The position numbers were made by a program, and so were the translations under genes. This document shows positions 39,060 through 47,865 of a DNA stretch of 64,000 nucleotides, piece after piece; positions within the stretch are counted from its first letter, which is position 1, and every line of letters starts with the position of its first letter. The notes under the pieces were generated by a model. That model did no database searches. It saw only the letters and a list, made by a program, of their open reading frames with translations, and had not been told where the DNA came from. Location of the stretch: IMG/VR virus record IMGVR_UViG_3300019458_000021, positions 173,380 through 237,379 of that record; one strand, written 5' to 3'.

Positions 39060-39135
39060 GAAAGCTCCTTGTTATCCTGCTATTTCCCAACCGTTTTGTT
39101 AAAAGGTCAACAGTTATTTAACCTTACCCTAACGA

Positions 39136-39624
39136 TTAGTTCGGAAGGCCGGTGATATGGAGCAGTTCTGCATTGCCAGCGGACCAAATATCATAGGTTT
39201 GACGACCGTCCGGCGAAGCCATTTTGTTTGTAGGAATGTCAGTACCGGCTAGGATTGCTTTGCGAATCTTCAATTCATCCTGCAATTTTCCGATGTTGTA
39301 GATCCACAACTCTTCGTACATTCCATTATTTTCGCGTTTGTAGATCAAGTGTGCATCTTTGACCGTTCGGATCAACCCTTGTTTGTCAGGGTCCTGAGTT
39401 GCGGCTTGATCGACCATCGAATCGAGTTGTTGATCTTGATCGCTTTCGTCGTTTTGATTAGCTGGTTTTTCCTCCGTTTGGCCTTGTTCTGAACCGCCTA
39501 GAAGATTGCCAATGCCAGTTGGAGTGCCTTGATCGTCCTTTGGTTGTGGGCTTGATTGGCCGCCCAGCAAGTGGCCGATATTGTCTTGACCAGGCTGTTG
39601 TTCAAAAATACGAAGCAGATCCAT
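39136..39624 (-). CDS. Hypothetical late protein
   Basis: 162-aa ORF; TAAATA upstream. Confidence 0.7.
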   Translation of the reverse strand: MDLLRIFEQQPGQDNIGHLLGGQSSPQPKDDQGTPTGIGNLLGGSEQGQTEEKPANQNDESDQDQQLDSMVDQAATQDPDKQGLIRTVKDAHLIYKRENNGMYEELWIYNIGKLQDELKIRKAILAGTDIPTNKMASPDGRQTYDIWSAGNAELLHITGLPN

Positions 39625-40027
39625 TAGTTACCCCCTGTTGTAGAGGGTATTTATGGTGTTTGTACACCATCCACGTTGAAGATCGTGTTCGATGAATGCA
39701 CACGAAGCCAACACTCTTGTAGAGATGAACAAGACCCTCTTGATTAAGAGTGCTGCCTTTGTACGGTTGTGCTTGAAGGATGATGTTCGCGTTCATAGTT
39801 TTTGCACGACGAATTACATCACGCAGGAGAACTTTACCGAATCCCTTGCCGCGATGCTCTTTGTATACATGAAACGTATGCAGGTAGAGCCAATTTTGGG
39901 AAGTCTTTACAAGATTGCGCGCAGTTCGTGTCAATGGACCAAGCGTATAGTCTCCAACTGGTACGTAGTGCTCATTGATTGCCGTCACACGGATTCCAGG
40001 CCGATCAAGTGTGAATGACGTTACCAA
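39602..40027 (-). CDS. GNAT acetyltransferase
   Basis: FHVYKEHRGKGFGKVLL and LYKSVGF; start uncertain. Confidence 0.75.
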   Translation of the reverse strand: MVTSFTLDRPGIRVTAINEHYVPVGDYTLGPLTRTARNLVKTSQNWLYLHTFHVYKEHRGKGFGKVLLRDVIRRAKTMNANIILQAQPYKGSTLNQEGLVHLYKSVGFVCIHRTRSSTWMVYKHHKYPLQQGVTNGSASYF

Positions 40028-40662
40028 ACAATTGTCTCCTTCCCGTGGGAGACAAGGTAAGCATTCGTTTTTGAAAACGGCTTGCTGCCAAAGAACCCGC
40101 GATGTGCGGACAGTGGTGATGGATGAGCCGAGATCAGGATATTGTGCTTTTCTTCGTCGATAAGGTGAATCTTTCCTGCGGCATGGTTGCCCCACAAGAT
40201 GAATACAACAGTATCGCAGAACTCACTAATGACTCGGATCGCTTGGTTGGTTACGGCGCTCCAACCTAGATTTGCATGCGAGCCCGGTTGTCCAGCCAAC
40301 ACTGTAAGATGCGTGTTTAGCAACAACACGCCCTGTTGTGCCCAATCTGTCAGATCGCCGTTTGTTCGGACGATGCCAAGATCTGATTTCAGTTCGGCGA
40401 AAATGTTCGCGAGTGATTTTGGAAGCGGGTGGGTGCCTGCAGGAACGCTAAACGACAAACCCATCGCATGTTCATAATTCGGATACGGATCTTGTCCGAG
40501 TATGACAACGCGCACTGTATCGAGCGGAGTTAGAGCAAATGCGTTGAGGATATTCTCTTTTCGAGGGAGAACTTGATGCCCTGCTTTTCGGATCGTTGCT
40601 AGATCCTCGCAGATTTGGGCGAACCGTTCTGATTTGAAAATCGGTAGGTCATCCCAGTTCAT
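40021..40662 (-). CDS. ung: Uracil-DNA glycosylase (family 1)
   Basis: VVILGQDPY, GLSFS, WAQQGVLLLN, HPSPLS. Confidence 0.95.
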   Translation of the reverse strand: MNWDDLPIFKSERFAQICEDLATIRKAGHQVLPRKENILNAFALTPLDTVRVVILGQDPYPNYEHAMGLSFSVPAGTHPLPKSLANIFAELKSDLGIVRTNGDLTDWAQQGVLLLNTHLTVLAGQPGSHANLGWSAVTNQAIRVISEFCDTVVFILWGNHAAGKIHLIDEEKHNILISAHPSPLSAHRGFFGSKPFSKTNAYLVSHGKETIVW

Positions 40663-40675
40663 TCACTCTTTCCAG

Positions 40676-41170
40676 TTACAAGAAGGTTGTGTGCTGCACA
40701 TGCACGCCAAGAAGGTTGTGTGCTGCACATGCACGCCAAAACAAATCAGCCATCAACGGTCCACCAATCTTCACTGACTGAGGTTTTTGCTTGAACTCGC
40801 TCCTAAACACGATTTCTGTTCCGATGAGATATTGGTACGTTAGCCGCTTGAACAATCTTCGTTCGCAGTCGAATCGCACGCGATGAATCACCGCATCGAC
40901 ATCACCATCATATCCTTCGGCATTCATTTTTCCGACGAGCTTGTAAGTGAGAAATGTGTCTTCTTCGTCGATTCGGTATGCATTGATATCGATGTAGTAT
41001 CGAGCTGTTTCAGGACCTTTGAAACGAACCCATACAGTCGTATTGCACACGCCTTTTTCGCAGATGTTTTGTTTGTGTGCATCTTCGAGAGGCATGTCGA
41101 CGATCGAATCATCTGCGAACGCAGTGGTGAATAGGAAGAGAAGACTGACGATGGCGTAGCGAAAATTCAT
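40676..41170 (-). CDS. Secreted hypothetical protein
   Basis: Signal-peptide-like N-terminus (..TTAFA-D). Confidence 0.65.
   Translation of the reverse strand: MNFRYAIVSLLFLFTTAFADDSIVDMPLEDAHKQNICEKGVCNTTVWVRFKGPETARYYIDINAYRIDEEDTFLTYKLVGKMNAEGYDGDVDAVIHRVRFDCERRLFKRLTYQYLIGTEIVFRSEFKQKPQSVKIGGPLMADLFWRACAAHNLLGVHVQHTTFL
40680..40737. repeat. Perfect 29-bp tandem duplication
   Basis: aagaaggttgtgtgctgcacatgcacgcc x2. Confidence 0.95.
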
Positions 41171-41209
41171 AGCTTTTCCTTCAAGAAATCAAGTTGTAGA
41201 CACCAAGCG

Positions 41210-42256
41210 TTAACGTAAGCCCCCAGGAATTCCTTTTGAAACAACAGCCGTTGCTGACCAAGGATGAAGCGACTCAAGGTGTTCAGTAACAACACTGAAG
41301 TCTAGAATCTTACCCTCATCGTACATCATGTCAAGGCCTTGATACAACAGACGTGATGCATCCTCTGTGAACAGAAGGTTTGATCCGTTAAGCTCAGCGA
41401 ACGCTTGTTCATCACGCCGCTTACAGATTACAACAACTTCGGTTGGGACTTGACGACGAGCCACCTCTACAATATCTTCAATCCACACAACATGTTTGTC
41501 AGGATTAAACTGAACGGTGATTTTTCCGAGCGATCGTTGTGAGTGTCCGTTTGCAGCCTTACCGCGTTTGCGTGTTGCATGCTGCGCAAGTTCAAACGAA
41601 CATGGACAGGTTGAGGAATACAGATAGTCAACAGTCAGAAGGAATTTGTATGTGTCCCGTCCCGCTCTTAAATAAGGAGTATCCGTTACTTCTCTGTGCA
41701 ATTGACCTTCCAATGTGCAGTCATAGAAAATGTATCCAAGCATCTTGTCATGGCTCAGTTCTACTCCTTCGACTGTCTTGAATGTACGACCTAACGTTTT
41801 CTCTTCGTCCGAGGCCTCGCGTCTAGTTCGGAGCGCTGGCTGCGTCCAAGGATATTTGAAACGCAACTTACAATACACGTGCTTCGATCCTTGCTTTTCT
41901 TGAAGTCTTTTAAGAATCCCCTTCAAGCCGTCGAGTGAGAGATGATTTGCAATCTCTTCATGCATCAGGATTGGGAATCGAGACAGGTTTAATCCTTTGG
42001 CTTCTGGATTGTCCAGTGAACCATACAATGAAGCCTTTACATGTAGATTTTCGATGGAACCATCTCTGCGTAAAAACTTTATTGGAAGATCAACACCAGT
42101 CACACCAACCTTGTCCAGTCGTACCTTCGACCCTGGAATTACAGGATTGACTTGTGGGTCTGGAAGATCGCCGTCGTCTGGATAAAATTTGTCATCGTAT
42201 GTAAAGTCCAAGTGCGGCATGTGTGCACTGTAATCGTTATTTCGGAATTTGGTCAT
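41210..42256 (-). CDS. folE2: GTP cyclohydrolase type IB (FolE2)
   Basis: KGLNLSR, YSSTCPCS, HSQRS, KRRDEQAFAE, FTEDA.R, HLESLH. Confidence 0.9.
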   Translation of the reverse strand: MTKFRNNDYSAHMPHLDFTYDDKFYPDDGDLPDPQVNPVIPGSKVRLDKVGVTGVDLPIKFLRRDGSIENLHVKASLYGSLDNPEAKGLNLSRFPILMHEEIANHLSLDGLKGILKRLQEKQGSKHVYCKLRFKYPWTQPALRTRREASDEEKTLGRTFKTVEGVELSHDKMLGYIFYDCTLEGQLHREVTDTPYLRAGRDTYKFLLTVDYLYSSTCPCSFELAQHATRKRGKAANGHSQRSLGKITVQFNPDKHVVWIEDIVEVARRQVPTEVVVICKRRDEQAFAELNGSNLLFTEDASRLLYQGLDMMYDEGKILDFSVVTEHLESLHPWSATAVVSKGIPGGLR

Positions 42257-43971
42257 TATAACTCTCGTTGTTCATACGTTGCCAGTATTTGTGCATCTAT
42301 CATTTCTGCACGCAAATCTGCATCAAGTACATCAATGATATTCAGTCTGTTCGGCTGTGTCATCTGTGCGGTGAAATCATACATTGTGAGATCAACCATC
42401 CGTCCGTAGTGTTGGTTTACTGCAGCACGGTTGGGATCCATTACAATGGGGAATTTTCCACCTTTGACGTAGTATACAGCATCATAGCTTTGTTGAGCAC
42501 GAAGACATTTCATGTAGTACTCGTTTAAGTACTGATCGAAACGGTTTTCTCGACCAAGCCAAATCACAGCATAAGCAAAGAGGTCAGCATATGTTCTTTC
42601 AGTGAACACAACACCTGTTCGTCTTTGATATTTGCGATCGTTACTTGATGTGTGTAGCACTCTTTCTGCGTCATGCTCATCTTTGTATTTTCGAGCAAGA
42701 ATTTCGTTTTGGAATTTTACGACGAGATCGGGATCTTTAATGATGTCTTCAAGAGACATTCCCCACTCACTTTGAATTGACCGTGATGTTTTTCGTTCGA
42801 TTATGCGATAGCCTTTGGCCTCAAGTCTTTTTAGAATTGTTGTGTTGTGCGTAACGATGTAATCGTCCGTGATGTATAAATGTTCAGGATCGTCGATTGC
42901 TATACACCACACCTCTTCTTTACCTTTGTAAGTAATGTCTGAAATCCTGCGTGTGAGCAGTAAACTTCCGTTTTTGTGTCCTTCAAAGTGAGAGGAACGA
43001 CAACGATCTTTTTTTCTGGGGAGTGAAAATACACTAGAAGGATTTGGCAACTTTAGAGCAATTTCATATGCAATGAGACCACTGTGAAGCTTGTCTTTGT
43101 ACTTGTACACAGGGTGTCTTTCACTAATCGTTGCTACTCCGCCGAGCGACCAAACAATGTCCTGTACGTCTCTTGCGAGTGCATAACTAGTTGTGGTAAA
43201 CGTTGTAGAGGAGCCATTACTACTCACAGTTCCGTCTGTGTCCATCAACCCTTGAAGTAATTTCAGCCTATCGTTTGGTGGTCCATTTTTATATGCATTA
43301 GGAACAAACTTTTCTGGCGACTTTTTCATCAGATCGTAGTTCTCAAATGCACGTATATACTTGTTATTATGTTTTCCCTCATGACCAAGTCGATACGAGA
43401 TCGATGTACCTTGTTGAACAAAGTTATAACCAGAATCGAGTAACTTACTGCACTCATGTAAAATATGTGTATCTGTTGTTGTAAGAAGTACAGATTCCGA
43501 TGTTAAAGACCCGTCTCCAAGAAGACACCCCAACAAATAGGGAGGTATGTCATATTGATGATTATTGTCGTTCAAATATGGTGTAACCAGTGGTATTGAC
43601 AGATTTGTCCCCCACTGCTTTCTTGTTTTTTGTCTCTGCATGTAAGCACTCATGCTGAGTGTGGTCATTACTTCTTGTTTCAATCGATAAAATGATTTGT
43701 TGTTTTTTTTCGTGTATTGACCATACGAACACTTCCACAAATGATCTCCACACGCCTCTGTTTTCCCGCCATCGTGTGTGGTAATAATGTACACATCTTT
43801 CACACCTTGAGGGAAAATTCCAATGATAGGTGCAGAATGACCATTTGGTGTAATCACTCGATCTTTACAGGTAAGCTCCCCTATACACTTCCATCCTGTT
43901 TCACATAGTACTTTCGAGTGTAGAGGTTGAGCCTTGCCTGACCCCTGTGAGCCAGAAATTGCCACCAGCAT
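42256..43971 (-). CDS. P-loop nucleotide kinase/AAA-like protein interrupted by an intein
   Basis: After splicing: VAISGSQGSGK|TTIL...ERT..D. Confidence 0.8.
   Translation of the reverse strand: MLVAISGSQGSGKAQPLHSKVLCETGWKCIGELTCKDRVITPNGHSAPIIGIFPQGVKDVYIITTHDGGKTEACGDHLWKCSYGQYTKKNNKSFYRLKQEVMTTLSMSAYMQRQKTRKQWGTNLSIPLVTPYLNDNNHQYDIPPYLLGCLLGDGSLTSESVLLTTTDTHILHECSKLLDSGYNFVQQGTSISYRLGHEGKHNNKYIRAFENYDLMKKSPEKFVPNAYKNGPPNDRLKLLQGLMDTDGTVSSNGSSTTFTTTSYALARDVQDIVWSLGGVATISERHPVYKYKDKLHSGLIAYEIALKLPNPSSVFSLPRKKDRCRSSHFEGHKNGSLLLTRRISDITYKGKEEVWCIAIDDPEHLYITDDYIVTHNTTILKRLEAKGYRIIERKTSRSIQSEWGMSLEDIIKDPDLVVKFQNEILARKYKDEHDAERVLHTSSNDRKYQRRTGVVFTERTYADLFAYAVIWLGRENRFDQYLNEYYMKCLRAQQSYDAVYYVKGGKFPIVMDPNRAAVNQHYGRMVDLTMYDFTAQMTQPNRLNIIDVLDADLRAEMIDAQILATYEQREL
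42844..43932 (-). mobile_element. Class-3 intein (363 aa) with LAGLIDADG endonuclease
   Basis: Ala1 (AQPL), DHLW, VWCI, VTHN|T; LLGCLLGDG and LLQGLMDTDG. Confidence 0.9.
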
Positions 43972-43985
43972 TTACTCCCTCCATT

Positions 43986-44186
43986 TTATTGATTTTGTTT
44001 TAGTCGTCTTTCAAGGTCGCGAATCTCGTCGTGCATTGGTGAATTCTTTGCTTCCTTTGCCTGTCTACGAAGGTCTTCGAGGTATTCTTGTTCTGAAATG
44101 TTGATGTTGTAACCACAATCAAAGCAGTACTCAGTCCAGTCTTGGACGTTCTGATGTGGGCAATCTAGGTATGAGTATTTTTCCAT
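43986..44186 (-). CDS. Small Cys-containing hypothetical protein
   Basis: 66-aa ORF with an AGGAG RBS. Confidence 0.6.
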   Translation of the reverse strand: MEKYSYLDCPHQNVQDWTEYCFDCGYNINISEQEYLEDLRRQAKEAKNSPMHDEIRDLERRLKQNQ

Positions 44187-44269
44187 TTTCTTCTCCTTAA
44201 TAGAAGTAAATGGTAGAGGAGGAAAGTCGAAAAATCAACAAGTGCCTTTACAATCCTTCAAGATGGCAA

Positions 44270-44425
44270 TTACATGCCCTTGACAACAAACAACGTTTGC
44301 TCTAGGCAGGGGTCAACGAACAACCAACAAAGGTCTAAGTTTAAATCCCTGCAAACAATCGCAGTCCATGTTTTGTGATCTATTTTCTGCACCAGTTTGT
44401 GTGCAGCACGAAGTGTGAGTTCCAT
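44270..44425 (-). pseudogene. Truncated copy of the 45729-46307 gene
   Basis: MELTLRAAHKLV is identical, then the sequence diverges; the upstream cctcaactcaagga is shared. Confidence 0.65.
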
Positions 44426-44559
44426 GGATACTTTTCCTTGAGTTGAGGAGGTCTATACTACGGGGTAAAACCTAATCAGACAACTTTTTACAAACGTGAG
44501 CGTCTGAGATTGTTGAAGATCTGCTGTGTTGCTTCCCTCTTTGAAGGGACAAATTCCAT

Positions 44560-44636
44560 TGGTCGGAGTGGCAGGATTTGAACCCGCGTCTTCCACGTCC
44601 CAAACGTGGCCGTCTACCAGACTGGCTTACACTCCG
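44560..44636 (-). tRNA. tRNA-Pro(UGG) #1
   Basis: CGGAGTG acceptor, ccacg-TT TGG GA-cgtgg anticodon arm, TTCAAAT T-loop, encoded CCA. Confidence 0.93.
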
Positions 44637-44639
44637 ATG

Positions 44640-44762
44640 GTCAAGTAACAACCAAACGAGACCAATCGTCTGTAGGTGTTTTGCTAATGGATTTAGTCGT
44701 TACCGACTTTTATCCCTTTTGCCGCACCCGTGCGAGCCGGAAATAGCTACGAGCATTGTTAT
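44640..44762 (-). ncRNA. Candidate structured RNA, copy A
   Basis: Core AAAAGTCGGTAACGACTAAATCCATTAGCAAAAC, shared with copy B; complementary ends. Confidence 0.45.
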
Positions 44763-44765
44763 CCT

Positions 44766-45476
44766 TTAGTCAATGTACGCGAAACGCGTCTCTAAGAGTG
44801 TTGGTCGTTGCACAACCGAGGTTAGAAATTTCAACGCTTCACCATTGCACATTTTATATCCGTATGATCCATATTTGACTGCCCGAGACAACGATGCGGC
44901 TGGAAACGTTAGTTTGTGAACTGCAAGTTTCTTATTGGCGATATCAAGCAATGTATAGTCCCCGACGATAATCGTCTCACCATCTGTTGCCAGCTGACAA
45001 ATCGTGTAATCGAAACTATCAAGTAAGTGTTCCACTGAGTCGTGGAAAAAATCACCGTGAATCAGCTGAATGTTGTACTTGTTTTTGTCTTCGGTGAAGT
45101 CAAAATTTGTAACGTGGCTAGTTTCGAGCGTTTTTGTAAACAATCGCTTGTTATCTTTTAGACGAAGAACAGGAAAAAGAACAGGAAAGATATTGTCCGC
45201 AATCTCATCCACACCTGATCCTTCAATCATACGGTGTTGAAAGATTTCATGTTGGTCTGCATTTTTGAAGAAGATGTCGAAGTCAGTTTCACACGATTTT
45301 CCTTCAACAGCTTGCCGCAGACATCCGCCGCCAAGCCAAGGACCATTCTCCAACGAAAATTCAACAGCTGTTTGGCGTTGCAAACTACCAAGCAGATGCT
45401 CGATATGTGCAACGATGCTGGTTACCTTGTTTGGATGTAAGTGTTGAATTAGTTCGTATAGTGGATATTTGATCAT
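44766..45476 (-). CDS. Nucleotidyltransferase (CCA/poly(A) polymerase head-like)
   Basis: GGGCLR, DFDIFF, SFDYTICQ. Confidence 0.7.
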   Translation of the reverse strand: MIKYPLYELIQHLHPNKVTSIVAHIEHLLGSLQRQTAVEFSLENGPWLGGGCLRQAVEGKSCETDFDIFFKNADQHEIFQHRMIEGSGVDEIADNIFPVLFPVLRLKDNKRLFTKTLETSHVTNFDFTEDKNKYNIQLIHGDFFHDSVEHLLDSFDYTICQLATDGETIIVGDYTLLDIANKKLAVHKLTFPAASLSRAVKYGSYGYKMCNGEALKFLTSVVQRPTLLETRFAYID

Positions 45477-45661
45477 ACGAAAATCATAGAGGAGCGGAGT
45501 AAAAAGTTCAACAGAACCGTGACAATCCCTCAATCCTTCAACCAGCAATACGGTCTTGCGAGCCCAATCCTTCAACCAGCAAAATAGGGTTAATTGTATG
45601 GCTCGCCTTCAATGACCAATCCATCAGCTGTATGAGGTTTAGACCTCGATCTTACGCTGAA

Positions 45662-45687
45662 CATCTCACCAGCAAGCTGGTGAGATG
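45662..45687. other. Perfect hairpin downstream of the 45729 gene
   Basis: catctcaccagc-aa-gctggtgagatg. Confidence 0.6.
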
Positions 45688-45728
45688 ACGTTGTAAGGTG
45701 GTTTGTCTCCCTTCTTACTCGCGCCGCC

Positions 45729-46307
45729 TCAAATCAGCTTCTCGTCCGACAGAACAATAACGTGAGTCTGTGGTAGCACGAGAGTGTTCGCAAGATTCTT
45801 GTGAAGAAGCGCATCTTCGATGGTTTCTGCTTGGCGACGGTATCCAGCAATCTCATGCTCCATACGTTCACGATTGCTGATGAGCGAGAAGTTCACGACA
45901 TCAGCACGATAGCTCTCACCAGCGGCTTCTTGGGCGCGCGCGATTTGACGTTGAAGGGCTTCTGGTGTTGACACATACTGCTCACGAAGGACAGACACGA
46001 GCCGTCCCAATAGCTGAGCACGATCAACAACATCTTTGCGTTCTGAGACAAGTTGGTTGATCCCTTCGCGCTCATTGATTGCGCGAATGGTGTCGCGAAT
46101 AAACGTGCGGATAGTCATCAGATCTTCAACGCGAGCGATCTTGTCTTCGAATTCTTGCATCCGATCTTGGTACAGGTGTTCGACAACGTCGCTATCATTA
46201 TCAACGTCAAACACGTTGATCGTAGCGATTGGGTTGATTTGGATTGCGTGGATTTGTTGGGTGATCTTGTCAACCAACTTGTGTGCAGCACGGAGGGTCA
46301 GTTCCAT
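45729..46307 (-). CDS. Coiled-coil hypothetical protein
   Basis: ATG after an AGGAG RBS. Confidence 0.75.
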   Translation of the reverse strand: MELTLRAAHKLVDKITQQIHAIQINPIATINVFDVDNDSDVVEHLYQDRMQEFEDKIARVEDLMTIRTFIRDTIRAINEREGINQLVSERKDVVDRAQLLGRLVSVLREQYVSTPEALQRQIARAQEAAGESYRADVVNFSLISNRERMEHEIAGYRRQAETIEDALLHKNLANTLVLPQTHVIVLSDEKLI

Positions 46308-46348
46308 GAAATGTTCTCCTTGAGTTGAGGGATTGTATCCTACAAGGG

Positions 46349-46615
46349 TCAATGAAGTTCGACAACAGCGTATCGAGTTTTTTCAAGCAACTCGTCAAAC
46401 GCGGCGTTAACAGTAGTGCTGTCTAGACGGAAACCAGCTCCTTCTTGTGGTCGTCCGTCATCGTCACAAGGCACACAATACATGCCGTTTCGACCTTCCA
46501 TTACTGTAAAGCCAAACAATGCAATCAGGCGCTTTTTTGCTGTCAACAGACAATCGACGTTGTCAAGGACGAGTTGGTCCTCTTCAAAATCAAGGTTCGT
46601 TGCTAGGTACTTCAT
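46349..46615 (-). CDS. Hypothetical protein
   Basis: 88-aa ORF. Confidence 0.6.
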   Translation of the reverse strand: MKYLATNLDFEEDQLVLDNVDCLLTAKKRLIALFGFTVMEGRNGMYCVPCDDDGRPQEGAGFRLDSTTVNAAFDELLEKTRYAVVELH

Positions 46616-46636
46616 CGTGTGTTTTCTTCGTATCGC

Positions 46637-46876
46637 TCACGAAGCGTTGGTTGGTCCATTATCTTCTCGAATAATTGTTAGAGCCTGCGATTTCTGAAGA
46701 TCAGGCAGAAGACCTTCAGACACTGTTAGGCGCCACGTTCCGTCGGCAAGTGGGTCGAAGTGGAGAAATTCATTCTGGATCTTTAGAATCGTAAACCTTG
46801 AGATCTCTATTGTACGACCTGTTCCTTCAAAACGAAACGTTCGACGAACGTTATTGGCCATACTTAAGTACCACAC
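46637..46876 (-). CDS. Hypothetical protein
   Basis: 79-aa ORF; start uncertain. Confidence 0.5.
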   Translation of the reverse strand: MWYLSMANNVRRTFRFEGTGRTIEISRFTILKIQNEFLHFDPLADGTWRLTVSEGLLPDLQKSQALTIIREDNGPTNAS

Positions 46877-46996
46877 GGCACTTCGAACAAATGAAGCACC
46901 ACATCTTCTTGATTAGTTCTCCAACGTGGCCACATTGGTGGCATTTGACCGTGTTTTGATCTTGCGTCACCATTTGACGCCTCTTTTGCATGAATA

Positions 46997-47073
46997 TGGT
47001 CGGCGATGGAGGATTTGAACCTCCGGCCTCTTGCTCCCAAAGCAAGCAGTCTACCAGGCTGACCTAATCGCCG
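46997..47073 (-). tRNA. tRNA-Pro(UGG) #2
   Basis: CGGCGAT acceptor, cttgc-TT TGG GA-gcaag, TTCAAAT, CCA. Confidence 0.92.
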
Positions 47074-47177
47074 AAACGTTCTTGAAATTCACAGCGTGTA
47101 CTGCAGCGGCTTAGGCTCCCAATCGTAGCGATCTACTTGTGCACTTTCGATCTACCTTCGCTTGTTTCAAGAGTTTC

Positions 47178-47301
47178 AAACAACAACCAAATCAGGATCA
47201 ATGATTTGTGGACGTTTTGCTTACGGATATAGCCGTTACCGACTTTTTCGTCCGTTCGCTAAGGACGTGTCTTACTTCACCCTAGGAGGTCCATTGTTGT
47301 T
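47178..47301 (-). ncRNA. Candidate structured RNA, copy B
   Basis: Core AAAAGTCGGTAACGGCTATATCCGTAAGCAAAAC; terminal stem AACAACAAT/GTTGTTGTT. Confidence 0.45.
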
Positions 47302-47375
47302 TGGTGGAGGATGAGAGAGTCGAACTCTCGAGTACGCCGTGCAAAGGCGTCAGTTTCCCACTAGCTTAATCCCCC
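47302..47375 (-). tRNA. tRNA-Ala(UGC)
   Basis: GGGGGAT/ATCCTCC acceptor with G3:U70, acgcc-TT TGC AC-ggcgt, TTCGA, CCA. Confidence 0.92.
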
Positions 47376-47490
47376 AAGGTCCATATTCCAGCATGTAATG
47401 ACAAATTGCACATAAGACTACACACTTTTCAATTTCTTGCCTAAGTTTCTCAAACGCTATGAACCAGCGTGAAGAAACAGCAAATTCTCC
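47376..47490 (-). pseudogene. HNH endonuclease remnant
   Basis: Translates to FEKLRQEIEKCVVLCAICH, with no start or 5' part. Confidence 0.6.
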
Positions 47491-47583
47491 TATTTAAGGA
47501 GAGTGTAAAGCGAATTCGGGTCTGCCGCCTCCACCAGTTAGTTTTACGAAACTAACAAACTATTTAGGGATGTTACAGAAATA

Positions 47584-47865
47584 TCATTCAAGGGACAACG
47601 GGGTATTGTCAATCTGCCACTGAGTGTACAAAACAATTGCCTTGAGTTCGACGTCTTTTTGATCCAAACTCGTGTAGACTAGCACGTCGAGTTTGTCTGT
47701 CTTGTGTTTGATTCGGAAGATGATTCGTCCGAAATCATCCTCGTGCTGCTTCCACATAGAGATCGATTTGCGGCTGATATCCTTACACGCCAGGATTGTT
47801 TGCTTGCCAGGAGCAGTGTCAAGGATCGCGCCAAAGGTGAAGAAATCGCTCATTTCAAATCGCAC
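47584..47865 (-). CDS. Hypothetical protein
   Basis: 93-aa ORF. Confidence 0.6.
   Translation of the reverse strand: MRFEMSDFFTFGAILDTAPGKQTILACKDISRKSISMWKQHEDDFGRIIFRIKHKTDKLDVLVYTSLDQKDVELKAIVLYTQWQIDNTPLSLE

Noticed and set aside
44578-47045. Short ORFs 44578-44769 and 46851-47045
   Set aside because: They overlap tRNA genes; only the 3' part of the second could be a small real gene.
44640-47301. Naming the repeated RNA element as hammerhead, twister, HDV-like/theta or Y RNA
   Set aside because: I could not find the required catalytic cores or pseudoknots by eye, so it is left unassigned.
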